A stretch of DNA of 63,801 bases, filler included, from Octopus bimaculoides (taxonomy: Eukaryota): the NCBI RefSeq assembly GCF_001194135.2. It is 5 parts of 5 records of this genome, joined end to end, with 100 filler letters (N's around TTAATTAATTAA, not from the genome) between each part and the next. Parts side by side here need not be neighbours in the genome. Positions count along the whole stretch, not along the records: positions 13,112 to 34,936 come from NC_068994.1; positions 35,037 to 42,907 come from NC_068996.1; 3 more parts are not named here. One strand, 5' to 3'. A model generated the notes under the pieces. The model had not been told where the DNA came from. It saw nothing but the letters and a program-made list of their open reading frames with translations, and ran no database searches. A program made the translations under genes and the position numbers. Positions 22,518 to 35,159 of this stretch are shown here, piece by piece; the first letter of the stretch is position 1; each line of letters begins with the position of its first letter.

Positions 22518-24282
22518 CGTACATATATAAATAATGAGATATATGTGTGTTTGTGTGTGTGCATGTGTCTGGTGTGTGGATATGTCTGTCTGACTAGTTA
22601 TGTGAGAACATATGTGTGACCTTCGACCTATATGTTTTCATTAATGAAATAATATAGCATAAACGAGGCAAAATTAATTAAATATTTCGGAAGTTCAGTC
22701 ATCAATAATTAGCAGTGAAACTAGGCCAAACGTTTGTAGTTAGCTCTCAATGCTGGCGTTTCAGACTTCTGGACTGGAACATGCCTCTAGCCCTTTAATT
22801 TTCTCTGTCTACCTGATTGATTAAACAAACATTCGTTGTCTGAATTTTATCATGTAAATGTTTGATAACGGTGTATTTGTGCGTGTGTATATGAAAGTTT
22901 GAGTACATGAGTCTGCATATACATGTATACGAATGTGGCTATACATATTATTACCAGAAGCTTCTTGAATTATAACTCCGAGTTTCATGTTTCTTGTTCA
23001 ACAAGTAATGGGATTGGAAGAAACCCACGACAATATATAACGAAAAATATTCGTGAGCACATCGAAATATTAAGTCAATATTACATCGGGATTTGATTCC
23101 CTACAAAACAGTTAGAAATGCACAATATATTAAATTGTTCTTTGCTGTACCATGAACAACTGAAATCTTTTTATGTGCAAAAACACGTGAATAGATGAAA
23201 ACATCACGCATACTCACGCCAACAAAGGAAGGGCTCTTGTCAATGTAGCTTTAGTGTTAGTGAATAAATCAATAAATTAATGTCTTCTTTTTAAAATTCA
23301 TAACTATCTTTCATTGTATGCAAAATCCATTATGCCGGGAAAGAAAAATTTACCAGTTACTATTTTTGAAATTCTTCAATATATAGCGATGGAACTATCT
23401 GCAAGGAATCCCCTATTTTCTATCTTTCGTTCAAAATTTCAACGGACTGTAGCAGGATTTTGTACTTCTCCAAGAATAAGATAGCGTGCTACTTGGAACC
23501 ATTGGGGCATGGGAAGCAATCAATCAGATAATTGCTTAGATTATTATACTTCAGAGGTATTTGGGCAGTGAAGTGGCAGAGCGTCATTCTCAGTTTCTGA
23601 ATGCAAGCATACGTTCAGATGATGGTTTTTTTACAGCGATTTAACATAAGCCTTATATAGGTTAGAGAGATAGTAGCAGCTCGGTAAACAAATGCTTTTA
23701 AAAGTACATATACCGTTAAGAGTAGAGATGTTAGGGTTGTTACAGTTACATAGAAGGTAAAGAGTTATGTGTATTTGTACAATAAATGTTTTTACCATTT
23801 ATACTGACAATAGATGCAGTGAAATATGTTATGCAACTATAGCTCACCTTAACACTCTTTTTATCAAACATTTATTTTTATGTAAGTCCCGTGGGCAATT
23901 GTTTATTTATAGATAATACTTGAATTTTCCTGAAACCTATAAGACAAGTAAAATTAGCATTCAAATTAGATTTTAAAATTAATTTTTAGAAAATATTCTT
24001 TAATAAGGACTTCCATTGTCGCTCTACTCTTCATTTTATAACTTTCCTATAATCCAAGTTGTTTATATGCTTCTACTTTTAATGACTCATATTCTCACCG
24101 CCATGCAGATCCATGCCAGGTTCTTCTTCTTGCATGTATGTATGTATGTATGTATGTATGTATGTATGTATGTATGTATGTATGTATGTATGCGGAATTT
24201 TATAAAATTCTTGTGATGTCAACAACATACAATTCTCGCTGGTAAGAATTAAGTTTCTAAAATGGATACAGAAGTTCGAAGG

Positions 24283-24352
24283 ATTGCTTTGGTCCAGTGG
24301 TAGAACGTCTGTCGTGCCTGCCGAAGATGCGGGCTCGTATCCCACGGGTGTC
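24283..24352 (+). pseudogene. Degenerate tRNA-like sequence (tRNA-Gly-like pseudogene or SINE head)
   Basis: ggtccagtggtagaa (A box/D arm), gcctgcc (anticodon-like GCC) and gggctcgtatccc (B-box-like). The acceptor stem does not pair well. Confidence 0.45.
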
Positions 24353-24513
24353 TTTCGACTTTTTCTACCCAGAAAAAAATTTTCAGTTCTTTATTTACAT
24401 GATATTACTTATATATATATATATAACTTTATGCGTGTGCTTCAAGATGTTAAAAAAATTACTTCACGATTTCTTGAAAGTTTATCAATTTCTTATGACG
24501 TGAACTACACACA

Positions 24514-24552
<39 letters not shown>

Positions 24553-24756
24553 TTATATATATACACACAAACGTATTGACAGTTGCCCCTTTTGGTTTTT
24601 CAACATAAATAAATTAAATTGAAAACTGAAAAAGACGAAGTAGAACAACCGAACAGCAAATAATTAAATAATAAAAATAAAAATAATAAATAAACAAATA
24701 ACTAAGAAAACCTAAATAAATAATACCCTCTTCTTCGCCTAAGCTCTTTACACAAA

Positions 24757-24826
<70 letters not shown>

Positions 24827-25269
24827 TATACATAAATACATATATTCACACACGCATATTTTCACGTTAATTCCTAGTCTAACACCCATTTTCTATAGGG
24901 GTAGACAGGAAGTCCGTTCCCAATAGCAAATAATCATATTGAATCGTTTAACGCAATTACTGTCTCAAAGTGGCTAATTTTCTTGTTTGTTAATCAACGG
25001 ATTGAAATGTTTTTTTTTCTCCTCTTGCGGCACAATCCACGCACACACACACGCACACACTCATACACACATACACACACTCCACGTGAACATTCCATAT
25101 ACTCTCACCCACATATTTTACAAGCTCCCTCTCTCTCTCTTTCTCTTTCTCTTTCTATCTCCCCCCTCTCTCTCACACACACATACACACGCGTGCGTGC
25201 ACATATACAACCACATCCAATATACATATGCATACATACACGGTCTATTTAGTATTCCACCTTTCAAAA

Positions 25270-25313
25270 CATTCTTTTCTTCTTTTCACTCTTTTTCCGT
25301 TTCTTCCTTTCCT

Positions 25314-25381
<68 letters not shown>

Positions 25382-25430
25382 TCCTCCTTTCCTTCTTTCT
25401 TTCTTTCTTTCTTTCTTTCTTTCATTCTTC

Positions 25431-25467
<37 letters not shown>

Positions 25468-25521
25468 TTTCTTTCTTTCTTTCTTTCTTCCTTCCTTTCT
25501 TTCTTTCTTTCTTTATTTTCC

Positions 25522-25582
<61 letters not shown>

Positions 25583-25822
25583 ATTTTCCTCTTTCTTTCT
25601 TCATTTTCCTCTTTCTTTCTTCATTTTCCTCTTACTTTCTTCATTTTCCTCTTTCTTTCTTTTTTCCTTCTCTTTATTTTCCTGTCTCTTTTCTCTTTTC
25701 CTTCCTTCCTTCCTTCCTTCCTTCCTTCCTTCCTTCCTTCTTTCCTTCCTTCCTTCCTTCCTTCTTTCCTTCCTTCCTCCCTTCCTTCCTTCCTCGCTTC
25801 CTTCCTTTGCTTCTTTCTTGCG
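25270..25822. repeat. About 550-bp (CTTT)n/(CCTT)n polypyrimidine tract
   Basis: Directly visible; runs into an N gap. Confidence 0.95.
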
Positions 25823-26724
25823 GTCNNNNNNNNNNNNNNNNNNNNNNNNNNNNNNNNNNNNNNNNNNNNNNNNNNNNNNNNNNNNNNNNNNNNNNNNNNN
25901 NNNNNNNNNNNNNNNNNNNNNNNNNNNNNNNNNNNNNNNNNNNNNNNNNNNNNNNNNNNNNNNNNNNNNNNNNNNNNNNNNNNNNNNNNNNNNNNNNNNN
26001 NNNNNNNNNNNNNNNNNNNNNNNNNNNNNNNNNNNNNNNNNNNNNNNNNNNNNNNNNNNNNNNNNNNNNNNNNNNNNNNNNNNNNNNNNNNNNNNNNNNN
26101 NNNNNNNNNNNNNNNNNNNNNNNNNNNNNNNNNNNNNNNNNNNNNNNNNNNNNNNNNNNNNNNNNNNNNNNNNNNNNNNNNNNNNNNNNNNNNNNNNNNN
26201 NNNNNNNNNNNNNNNNNNNNNNNNNNNNNNNNNNNNNNNNNNNNNNNNNNNNNNNNNNNNNNNNNNNNNNNNNNNNNNNNNNNNNNNNNNNNNNNNNNNN
26301 NNNNNNNNNNNNNNNNNNNNNNNNNNNNNNNNNNNNNNNNNNNNNNNNNNNNNNNNNNNNNNNNNNNNNNNNNNNNNNNNNNNNNNNNNNNNNNNNNNNN
26401 NNNNNNNNNNNNNNNNNNNNNNNNNNNNNNNNNNNNNNNNNNNNNNNNNNNNNNNNNNNNNNNNNNNNNNNNNNNNNNNNNNNNNNNNNNNNNNNNNNNN
26501 NNNNNNNNNNNNNNNNNNNNNNNNNNNNNNNNNNNNNNNNNNNNNNNNNNNNNNNNNNNNNNNNNNNNNNNNNNNNNNNNNNNNNNNNNNNNNNNNNNNN
26601 NNNNNNNNNNNNNNNNNNNNNNNNNNNNNNNNNNNNNNNNNNNNNNNNNNNNNNNNNNNNNNNNNNNNNNNNNNNNNNNNNNNNNNNNNNNNNNNNNNNN
26701 NNNNNNNNNNNNNNNNNNNNNNNN

Positions 26725-26768
<44 letters not shown>

Positions 26769-26771
<3 letters not shown>

Positions 26772-27060
26772 CAGTCAACAGAAACTTTAGAACCAGGATA
26801 TTAAAACGCAACTTTAATACAACTTGAAACAACTTGATGAAAAATTAACCCCAAATCAGTGAAACTTAGTCTCAGTATGTTGTAGGTCCTCCTTTAGCTA
26901 ATATCACGGCTTTCACCCGATTAGGCATGGATTTGCTGGAATTATCCATGACTGACTAAGCCAATGTGTATCCATACTTTGTCAATGCTTCGTTCAGCAT
27001 TATAACTATTTAATTTTTTGACTATTTTGTTCGCAACATTTTTTGCGCAGTGCTATTCCA
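26769..27060 (-). mobile_element. Tc1-family transposon 3' end fragment
   Basis: Minus translation SMPNRVKAVILAKGGPTTY* (Tc1 C-terminal motif). The end reads TA|cagcagtc at 26769 inside (TA)n. Confidence 0.75.
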
Positions 27061-27747
27061 AATCCTCAAATAGTTTTCACACTATCAGTATATACTTCAG
27101 GTTGGAAATTTCGATTTCGTTTCATAAGCACTTCTAATGTGCAGTACACGCGATATTGAAAAGCCGCAATTACAACGAAATACGTATCTGTCACTCTCGA
27201 AAACACTTTGAGGCAGATTTCGTTTCGCCTAGCTCTGAAATATATTCGTGGGACAATAAACCATAGCTTCTGGTACTTTAACAACACACGTTAAGTATGT
27301 GGTATTTATATTGTTAAACTATATGTGTTGTATTAGATTCAGACTGGAGTTTTGAGCAGCCCATTTCAGAGATCTGATACCGTGATTGTGTTGAAAGGTT
27401 CACAACAATCGGTTGTTATGGCACAAGACTCTAACTTTTTAAATTAAAAGACTGCTTTTCAGCCTTAGTCTTACAGTGAAATAGACGGGTGGTAAACTCT
27501 TTTCGAGTGTTTTGGGCCATTCAAATGATTTTCGACTAAAAACAAAGAAAAAGAAAGAAGCTCTGATTTGGCTATCACATTGGCCCCCACCTATCCAATA
27601 CACATACTTACCCCTAGTAAGTTCGTCGAGAGTTTATTTTGTTAATTATTTTCATCGGTGTATTTCATCAAATTAAATTTACGATTAACCCAAAAGCACA
27701 ATTAAAGCAACATATGGGAATCTCAAAGAAGAGAAAATATATCGAAT

Positions 27748-27778
<31 letters not shown>

Positions 27779-28727
27779 GTGAGAGATAATTAAAGGGTCT
27801 TCTACCCCTTTAATTTTCTCAATATAGTAAGAGATATGTATACCACAACCAACACTACTAGTACTACTACCACCACCACCGTCACTAAAACAACCACCAC
27901 TACACTCACTGCACACCATATTTTCAACATCACTCACCCATCTCTCCCTCACTCTCATCGTATTGTATTGTCGTCGGGTTGCGGGGTGGAACAGACGAAG
28001 TTGTCAAGTCCACTCCGATTATGATAATAACACAGAAGTCTGCCTGACCTGAGTGAGTAATCCGGTAGCATTATTATTGTCCTGGTATTGTTTTCCACCT
28101 GACACCGGCTGTTCACACCTAGTCTTTAAAGGGAATTATTGTTCTATCTTGTGTTGTTTTCACTCTAATGACAGGCCATGGCTCTTGTTTTTGTGTCAGA
28201 TCTTTATACACACACACTCACATATAAACACACACTCACACACACGGAAGCATACGCGCATGCACGTACTCACACGCACACATAAATGTATATATATGTA
28301 TATATATATATATATATATATNNNNNNNNNNNNNNNNNNNNNNNNNNNNNNNNNNNNNNNNNNNNNNNNNNNNNNNNNNNNNNNNNNNNNNNNNNNNNNN
28401 NNNNNNNNNNNNNNNNNNNNNNNNNNNNNNNNNNNNNNNNNNNNNNNNNNNNNNNNNNNNNNNNNNNNNNNNCACACACACACACACACACGCACGCACA
28501 CGCACATATATATATACATATAAATATAATTTAGAGAAGAACCACCGATATACAATTCACACAATGAAGGAGACCAATCACCGTCCAGAAAAACGTACTC
28601 TACAAAATACTAATTTAAAAATCTGCAAAATTCAATAGAAAAGTATAAAATACATTAAAATCTATAAAATACTAGGCTAAAAATTTAATTAAACTTAGTA
28701 AATTGATAAAATAGAGGGTAAAGTATT

Positions 28728-28829
28728 GACTACGCGTGTTTCATGGCCGTATTATAGCAGATAAAATCAGTACAATTCACAATAAATTGATAACGATCAT
28801 ATTCTACTCAGAATACGGTCACTCCTCAG
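28728..28829 (-). ncRNA. Candidate type I hammerhead ribozyme motif
   Basis: CUGAGGA, stem II gtgaccgtatt/aatacggccat (10 of 11 pairs including one G-U), GAAAC, acgcgta, GUC. Stem I does not pair in this copy. Confidence 0.55.
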
Positions 28830-29379
28830 GTGTCTAGAAAAATAAGATTCAAAAATTCTCTAAATTATATTTATATACATATATTATTTATTATAAAATT
28901 CAATTCAATAAAATATATAAATTAAAGAAGGGAGAAATGAAGACGCAAATACCAGTGACAGATGTTAGCGTCTCATAAAGAAATTTATTATTCATTTCAA
29001 ACCATCTCAGTTGTCATTGTTAAAGAAAAACTTAGATTATTGTTGACGGCAACGGAAACGTTTCGATGTAACTGGATGTCGTCAGTGTTGCAGAGTCAAC
29101 ACAAACGCATATGAAGTTGTTTATAGTAAAAGCGTTGTGATGATTTTCGGATTGCAATTATTTACGTATTACTAAACAAAATTGATTTTCGGAAAATAAA
29201 TGAGATATGCCCATAGAGAGAATTCTTTCGAAGCGCTTCTTTACAGTTTCCGTTTGCTTAGTTTCACTCCCACGGCTTGGGAGGATCTGAGATTATAGTA
29301 GCAGCCACTTGCCCGTGGTATACATGTGGTAAGATCGAACTTGGGATGTACATTATTACTTCGTATTGTAAACACTAGC

Positions 29380-29860
29380 ATCTTGCAAATATGATATTAT
29401 TGTATGTGTATGAATGTGTTCATGTATGTGTGTGTGTTTGTATGTATGGACGTGCGTATAGCTGTATGCGTATATATGTGTATGCGCATACGTGTGTTGG
29501 TATATGTATATAAGTATGTGCGTATGTATGTGTGTAGGAGTGCCTGCATGATGTATGTATGTGTATGTACGTATGTATATTTGTATGTATGCATATACGT
29601 GCGTATGCATGTATGTATGTACGCATGTGTGTATGTATGCACGTGTGTCTGGATGTATGTGCTTATACATTTTTGCATATATATGTATGTATTATGGATG
29701 TATGAATGTGTGTATGTATGTATGTATTTGCATGTATACCTGTATGTCTATATTTTTATGTATGTATGTGTATATGCATGTGTCTATGCTTGAATGTATG
29801 TACGTGTATGCATGTATGAATGTATGTCTGTGTGTGTATATGTGTAAATGTATTTGTAAT
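29380..29860. repeat. Degenerate (TG/TA)n alternating purine-pyrimidine tract
   Basis: Directly visible; explains the overlapping V/C/M/Y and H/T/I/Y ORFs. Confidence 0.9.
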
Positions 29861-31029
29861 TGTAATACGTTATTCGTAAACTCCGCTAACATATACATAC
29901 CCAGTCACATGCCAAACCAGACCAAGAGAAAAAAAATAGCATTTTGAAAACAACAACAAACACACACTGTAAATGATACGATATATATATATATATATAT
30001 ANNNNNNNNNNNNNNNNNNNNNNNNNNNNNNNNNNNNNNNNNNNNNNNNNNNNNNNNNNNNNNNNNNNNNNNNNNNNNNNNNNNNNNNNNNNNNNNNNNN
30101 NNNNNNNNNNNNNNNNNNNNNNNNNNNNNNNNNNNNNNNNNNNNNNNNNNNNNNNNNNNNNNNNNNNNNNNNNNNNNNNNNNNNNNNNNNNNNNNNNNNN
30201 NNNNNNNNNNNNNNNNNNNNNNNNNNNNNNNNNNNNNNNNNNNNNNNNNNNNNNNNNNNNNNNNNNNNNNNNNNNNNNNNNNNNNNNNNNNNNNNNNNNN
30301 NNNNNNNNNNNNNNNNNNNNNNNNNNNNNNNNNNNNNNNNNNNNNNNNNNNNNNNNNNNNNNNNNNNNNNNNNNNNNNNNNNNNNNNNNNNNNNNNNNNN
30401 NNNNNNNNNNNNNNNNNNNNNNNNNNNNNNNNNNNNNNNNNNNNNNNNNNNNNNNNNNNNNNNNNNNNNNNNNNNNNNNNNNNNNNNNNNNNNNNNNNNN
30501 NNNNNNNNNNNNNNNNNNNNNNNNNNNNNNNNNNNNNNNNNNNNNNNNNNNNNNNNNNNNNNNNNNNNNNNNNNNNNNNNNNNNNNNNNNNNNNNNNNNN
30601 NNNNNNNNNNNNNNNNNNNNNNNNNNNNNNNNNNNNNNNNNNNNNNNNNNNNNNNNNNNNNNNNNNTATATATATATATATATATATGTATATATGTAAA
30701 CATACATGTGTGTATGTATGTATGTATACACACACACATATATTGGTAAGTGAGCGTAAAGGGGAAATATAAACAACGAAGTTGTGCGCGTGTAGTTTGA
30801 GTGTATATATACGTGTGTGTGTCTATGTGTATACATATAAATATGGATGCATATCCATATATATAAGCCTATATATGTACATATATACATCTTACATATG
30901 TTTATATGTATGTATATTTTTACTCACTATATTTATATGCATATATATATACATGCATAAATGCATGAATTTGTGTGTATGTGTGTGTGTGTATGTTTGT
31001 GTATATATATACATATGTATCGTTTATCC

Positions 31030-31210
31030 TCTACTTGTTTCGGTCATTAAACTGCGGCCATGCTGGGGCACCACCTCGAAGTATTTTTAGTCGAATGAAT
31101 CAACCCCAGTGCATATTTATATATTTATTCTTTTAGTTTGGTATTTATTATATCGTTCTTTTTTGCCGAACCGCTAAGGTACGTGCACGCAAACACATCA
31201 ACAGCGGCTG
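31030..31210 (-). mobile_element. SINE family B 3' half
   Basis: tacttgtttcggtcattaaactgcggccatgctggggcaccacc...gccgaaccgctaagg...aaacacatcaacagcgg. Confidence 0.8.
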
Positions 31211-31244
31211 TATATCATGTATGGATAGACAGACAGACAGACAG

Positions 31245-31332
<88 letters not shown>

Positions 31333-31344
31333 CGCATATATACA

Positions 31345-31670
31345 GGTGCAGGCGTGGATTTGTGGTAGGTCACTTGCTTCACAACCACATAGTTCCGAGT
31401 TCAGTCCCACTGCGTAGCACTTTACGCAAGTGCCTTCTACTACGTATAACCTCAAGCCGACCAAAGCCTTGTGAGTGGATGTGGTAGACAGAAACTGTGT
31501 GTGTCTGTGTGCGTCTTTGTGCCTGTGTTTGTTCCCCATCACCGCTTGGTAACCGCTGTTGATGTGTTTACGTTCCCGTCACGTAGCGGTTCGGCATAAG
31601 AAACCGACGGAATAAGTACTTGGCTTAAAAAATTATAAAGTAAGTCTTAGGGTCGATTTGTTCGAACTAT
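31345..31670 (+). mobile_element. SINE family B, near full length
   Basis: aaccacatagttccgagttcagtcccactgcg...gccgaccaaagccttgtgagtggatgtggtagacagaaact...agcggttcggcataag...gggtcgatttgttcg. Confidence 0.85.
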
Positions 31671-32899
31671 ATTTTTATATATAGTTCAAATTTACAGAAC
31701 ATAAATGACGAAAGGCAGGTGGAGGAACAAGAAGCAGGTCCTTTGATGTCTTTGATGTTTCGAAATTATACTTTTCGACAAAAAGGGTTGAGAGGAAAAA
31801 AATAGAGAAAGAACGAAGAAATAAAGGAAAAAATTGAAAAAGAAAAAAATGTGTAGGGATTAACGGTTCAACATTTATATATATTTATATATATTCACTT
31901 CGTCATTATATTCACTGCGGTGGTATTTTGACCATACAGCATATGGTGTCTGGATGGATAACTGAACTGGTCGTTGTATACACGTGCATATATGTCTATA
32001 TACGCGTGCGTATACGTGAGTATTCATATGTTTGTGTGTATGTATATGTAATTATGTACAATTCTTGGCATATTTCATTGACGAAGGTAAAGTATTTTTA
32101 TATAGAACCAGAAACTCAGGGTCTGGAATTATCCAATTTTCACTAGTTTATTTATCTATTTGTCTTTTTACCTTGTGCTATTACAGTATGCTCAATTGTA
32201 AACCATGTTGCGCTTATCACAGATTAATCTATAACAACACAACTCGGCGATCAGTCGAAGGTTCTGCGTGAACCGCAGAAACGTGCCCCAGAGATCGTCC
32301 AAAATGCTCAGCTACCCTGAATGTACTGACTGTCTTTTGTGTTTACATAACTTCACTGCGAGACAGCGTATTTTTTGAATACGGATTTTCGTACTAGTAT
32401 CCACCAATATGGGACGAGTGAACATAAAAGATAAAAAAGCACCTAAATCTAACAAAAGACACAGATTAATGTATTTCTCTACAGGAAAAGGTAGAGATCA
32501 AGAAAATACATGACAGAGGAAGCTTCGTCGATGAAGGTTGCGAGTTTGGTGTCAATGAATCTACTATTCATTCCAGTCACAAAATCCTTAGAGATGATTC
32601 ATTTATCACTGTTTTTCAGATGGAGGGTGGGATGTGGGAACCAAGCCCCGAGATAAACAAGGACAGATGTCCTTAATAAACTTTGATCTAATAATCTGTT
32701 TGCAGTGTAGTTATTTCTAGAATAAATTCTAACCAGTTCCTGCTGAACAACTTCTCAGTAAATGCATTACATATTCAGATCAAGTAATTAGGGACCTGCT
32801 GGAGCAGTGCTGTACATTCTACTCCTTTCTGTCTGTCTGTCTGTCTGTCTCTCTGTCTGTCTGTCTCTCTGTCTGTCCGTCTCTCTGTCTGTCTGTCTC

Positions 32900-32938
<39 letters not shown>

Positions 32939-33059
32939 TTATGTTTTCAACCTCGCCTGTACAGAATCTCAATTAGATTGAACAAGTGGTACAGAAAGAT
33001 ATAAAACAAGAGTTGACAGGAGGATGGCTTAGTGGACAAAGTTCGTATTCTTTAGGTTG

Positions 33060-33380
33060 TGCTAGTGGTCAGACCAAACTCGTATAGCTGAGACATTATC
33101 ATGTGACCACAATAATCTCATGCAACCAGGACAGTCTCGTGTGGCTAGCACACTCACAGAAAGCTCCCTTATAACTGGAACATCGTGTGACAAGGATGCT
33201 GCCACGTTGTCAGAACACCATCATATGTTGAGACCATCTCATGTGACCAAGACTTTCTCATGTGACCAAGACTTTCTCATGTGATCAAAACACTCCATGT
33301 GGCCGGATTATTCATGTAGCGAGGCAACACTTACGCTGCCAGAACATTCGCATGTGGCCAGGATACTCTCATGTTCCAGT
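33060..33380. repeat. Diverged 17-19-bp tandem array, about 16 units, approximate consensus ctcatgtgaccaggacact
   Basis: Unit starts at 33079, 33098, 33117, 33136 ... 33238, 33257, 33276, with catg cores at 33351 and 33370. Three central units are nearly identical. Confidence 0.8.
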
Positions 33381-33429
33381 TCTATATTTAAGAGATGAGG
33401 AATTATGTACGCTATTTACATTATTTACA

Positions 33430-33713
33430 TTTGACGGATATTTGTCCTCATCTTATTTGTTGTTGACACGTTTCGGTTGATATACCCTCCAGCCTTCATG
33501 ATATACCGTCATGTGTCTTGGGGAAATTTCGAACCTTTTTTTTGTCTCCTTGTTTCTCTCCCAGTTTCTTTCTGTGCTCCTTTCTGTGGAAGAGCGTAGG
33601 CTCGAAACGTTAAGGATTTTTTCACTTCCCGAGCGTTATGCTAATACATCTGTTTGTTTTCTATACCACCTGTCTTCGTCTTTTGTTTTTCTGTGTGAAT
33701 TCTCCCTATATAT
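33430..33713 (+). mobile_element. Penelope-like/retrozyme-type repeat with hammerhead-like motifs on both strands, ending in (TA)n
   Basis: 33560-33713 is homologous to 60150-60310. Plus motif ctgtggaa-gagc-gtag-gctc-gaaacgtt; minus motif atgaa-ggctg...caacc-gaaac at 33470-33500. The PLE assignment is inferred. Confidence 0.55.
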
Positions 33714-34082
33714 ANNNNNNNNNNNNNNNNNNNNNNNNNNNNNNNNNNNNNNNNNNNNNNNNNNNNNNNNNNNNNNNNNNNNNNNNNNNNNNNNNNNNNN
33801 NNNNNNNNNNNNNNNNNNNNNNNNNNNNNNNNNNNNNNNNNNNNNNNNNNNNNNNNNNNNNNNNNNNNNNNNNNNNNNNNNNNNNNNNNNNNNNNNNNNN
33901 NNNNNNNNNNNNNNNNNNNNNNNNNNNNNNNNNNNNNNNNNNNNNNNNNNNNNNNNNNNNNNNNNNNNNNNNNNNNNNNNNNNNNNNNNNNNNNNNNNNN
34001 NNNNNNNNNNNNNNNNNNNNNNNNNNNNNNNNNNNNNNNNNNNNNNNNNNNNNNNNNNNNNNNNNNNNNNNNNNNNNNNNNN

Positions 34083-34148
<66 letters not shown>

Positions 34149-34304
34149 CACACACCCATTTCTATATACAAATATTTGCATCACTCAACAAACCGATGGC
34201 ATTTTGTAAATACAGACATAAACATTACTATATACCATCATTAAAACGAATACAAACCTTTTGACTCTCACGTACGCTCACACACACACACATATTCCCC
34301 CAAA

Positions 34305-34445
34305 CGTAGTACATATATACATACAAACATATAGACGTACACACAAATACATACAAACGTTTAGACGTACACACATATATATGCAAACATGCAGACGTAC
34401 ACACATATACATACAAACATATAGAGGAACACGCATCTACATACA
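34305..34445. repeat. 30-bp minisatellite, about 4.5 copies
   Basis: atacaaacatatagacgtacacacatatac recurs at 34321, 34351, 34381 and 34411. Confidence 0.85.
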
Positions 34446-35159
34446 CATATGTATGAAACCTGACATAAATTCATAGCAACATAGACAAGTCAGTGTTAAA
34501 AAGCTAACCAGAAATAAATATTTAGTGAAGAAAAAAAATGGTATTACTCAATAATTAATGTTATTTTCCCTTTCTTGGTAAACAAGGGAAGCAACTCCAA
34601 TAATGTTTTATTAATCTGACCTCGTCACCGAAGCGTAGTTTTTACTGTCCTTGGTATAATGTTAAAGAAACATTAAACGCAGTTACTATAATAATGTTGT
34701 ATATGTGTTCCGTTGAAGAACGAATACGAAAATTGTTCAGAAAATATTTTATTGAAAGAAATAACATTTGCATAGACCATTCAAGTTTCGGCTTACATAT
34801 TAATTACCATCGCTTGTGCACACAAGTTGTCCGTATCCGAGGGTGGGCTTTGACGCAATACAAAAAGTACGGAAAGAGTACTAATTTTTGCCCATTTTTT
34901 CTCTTTCTCACACACACACACAATTTATATATATATNNNNNNNNNNNNNNNNNNNNNNNNNNNNNNNNNNNNNNNNNNNNTTAATTAATTAANNNNNNNN
35001 NNNNNNNNNNNNNNNNNNNNNNNNNNNNNNNNNNNNTATTTATGTGTATGTATATATATATATATTTAAACGTATGTATATATTATGTATGTGTGCATGT
35101 ATATATGCATGTATGTATAGAAAATATACACAGTGTGCAATAAGAGAAGAAAGGGAAGC

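Noticed and set aside
24987-26832. Long ORFs (605, 520, 403 aa) and similar X-containing ORFs throughout the window
   Set aside because: They consist of microsatellite translations plus N gaps and are not coding evidence.
27066-27287. Possible hAT transposase fragment (YRVYCTLEVLMK)
   Set aside because: The similarity is too short and weak to support without a search.
28150-28200. ctaatga-caggccatggc as a further hammerhead
   Set aside because: No downstream GAAA core or closing stem.
32470-32500. Possible 6-nt microexon (tttctctacag|GAAAAG|gtagag)
   Set aside because: Such splice-like strings are expected by chance, and there is no flanking gene or transcript evidence.
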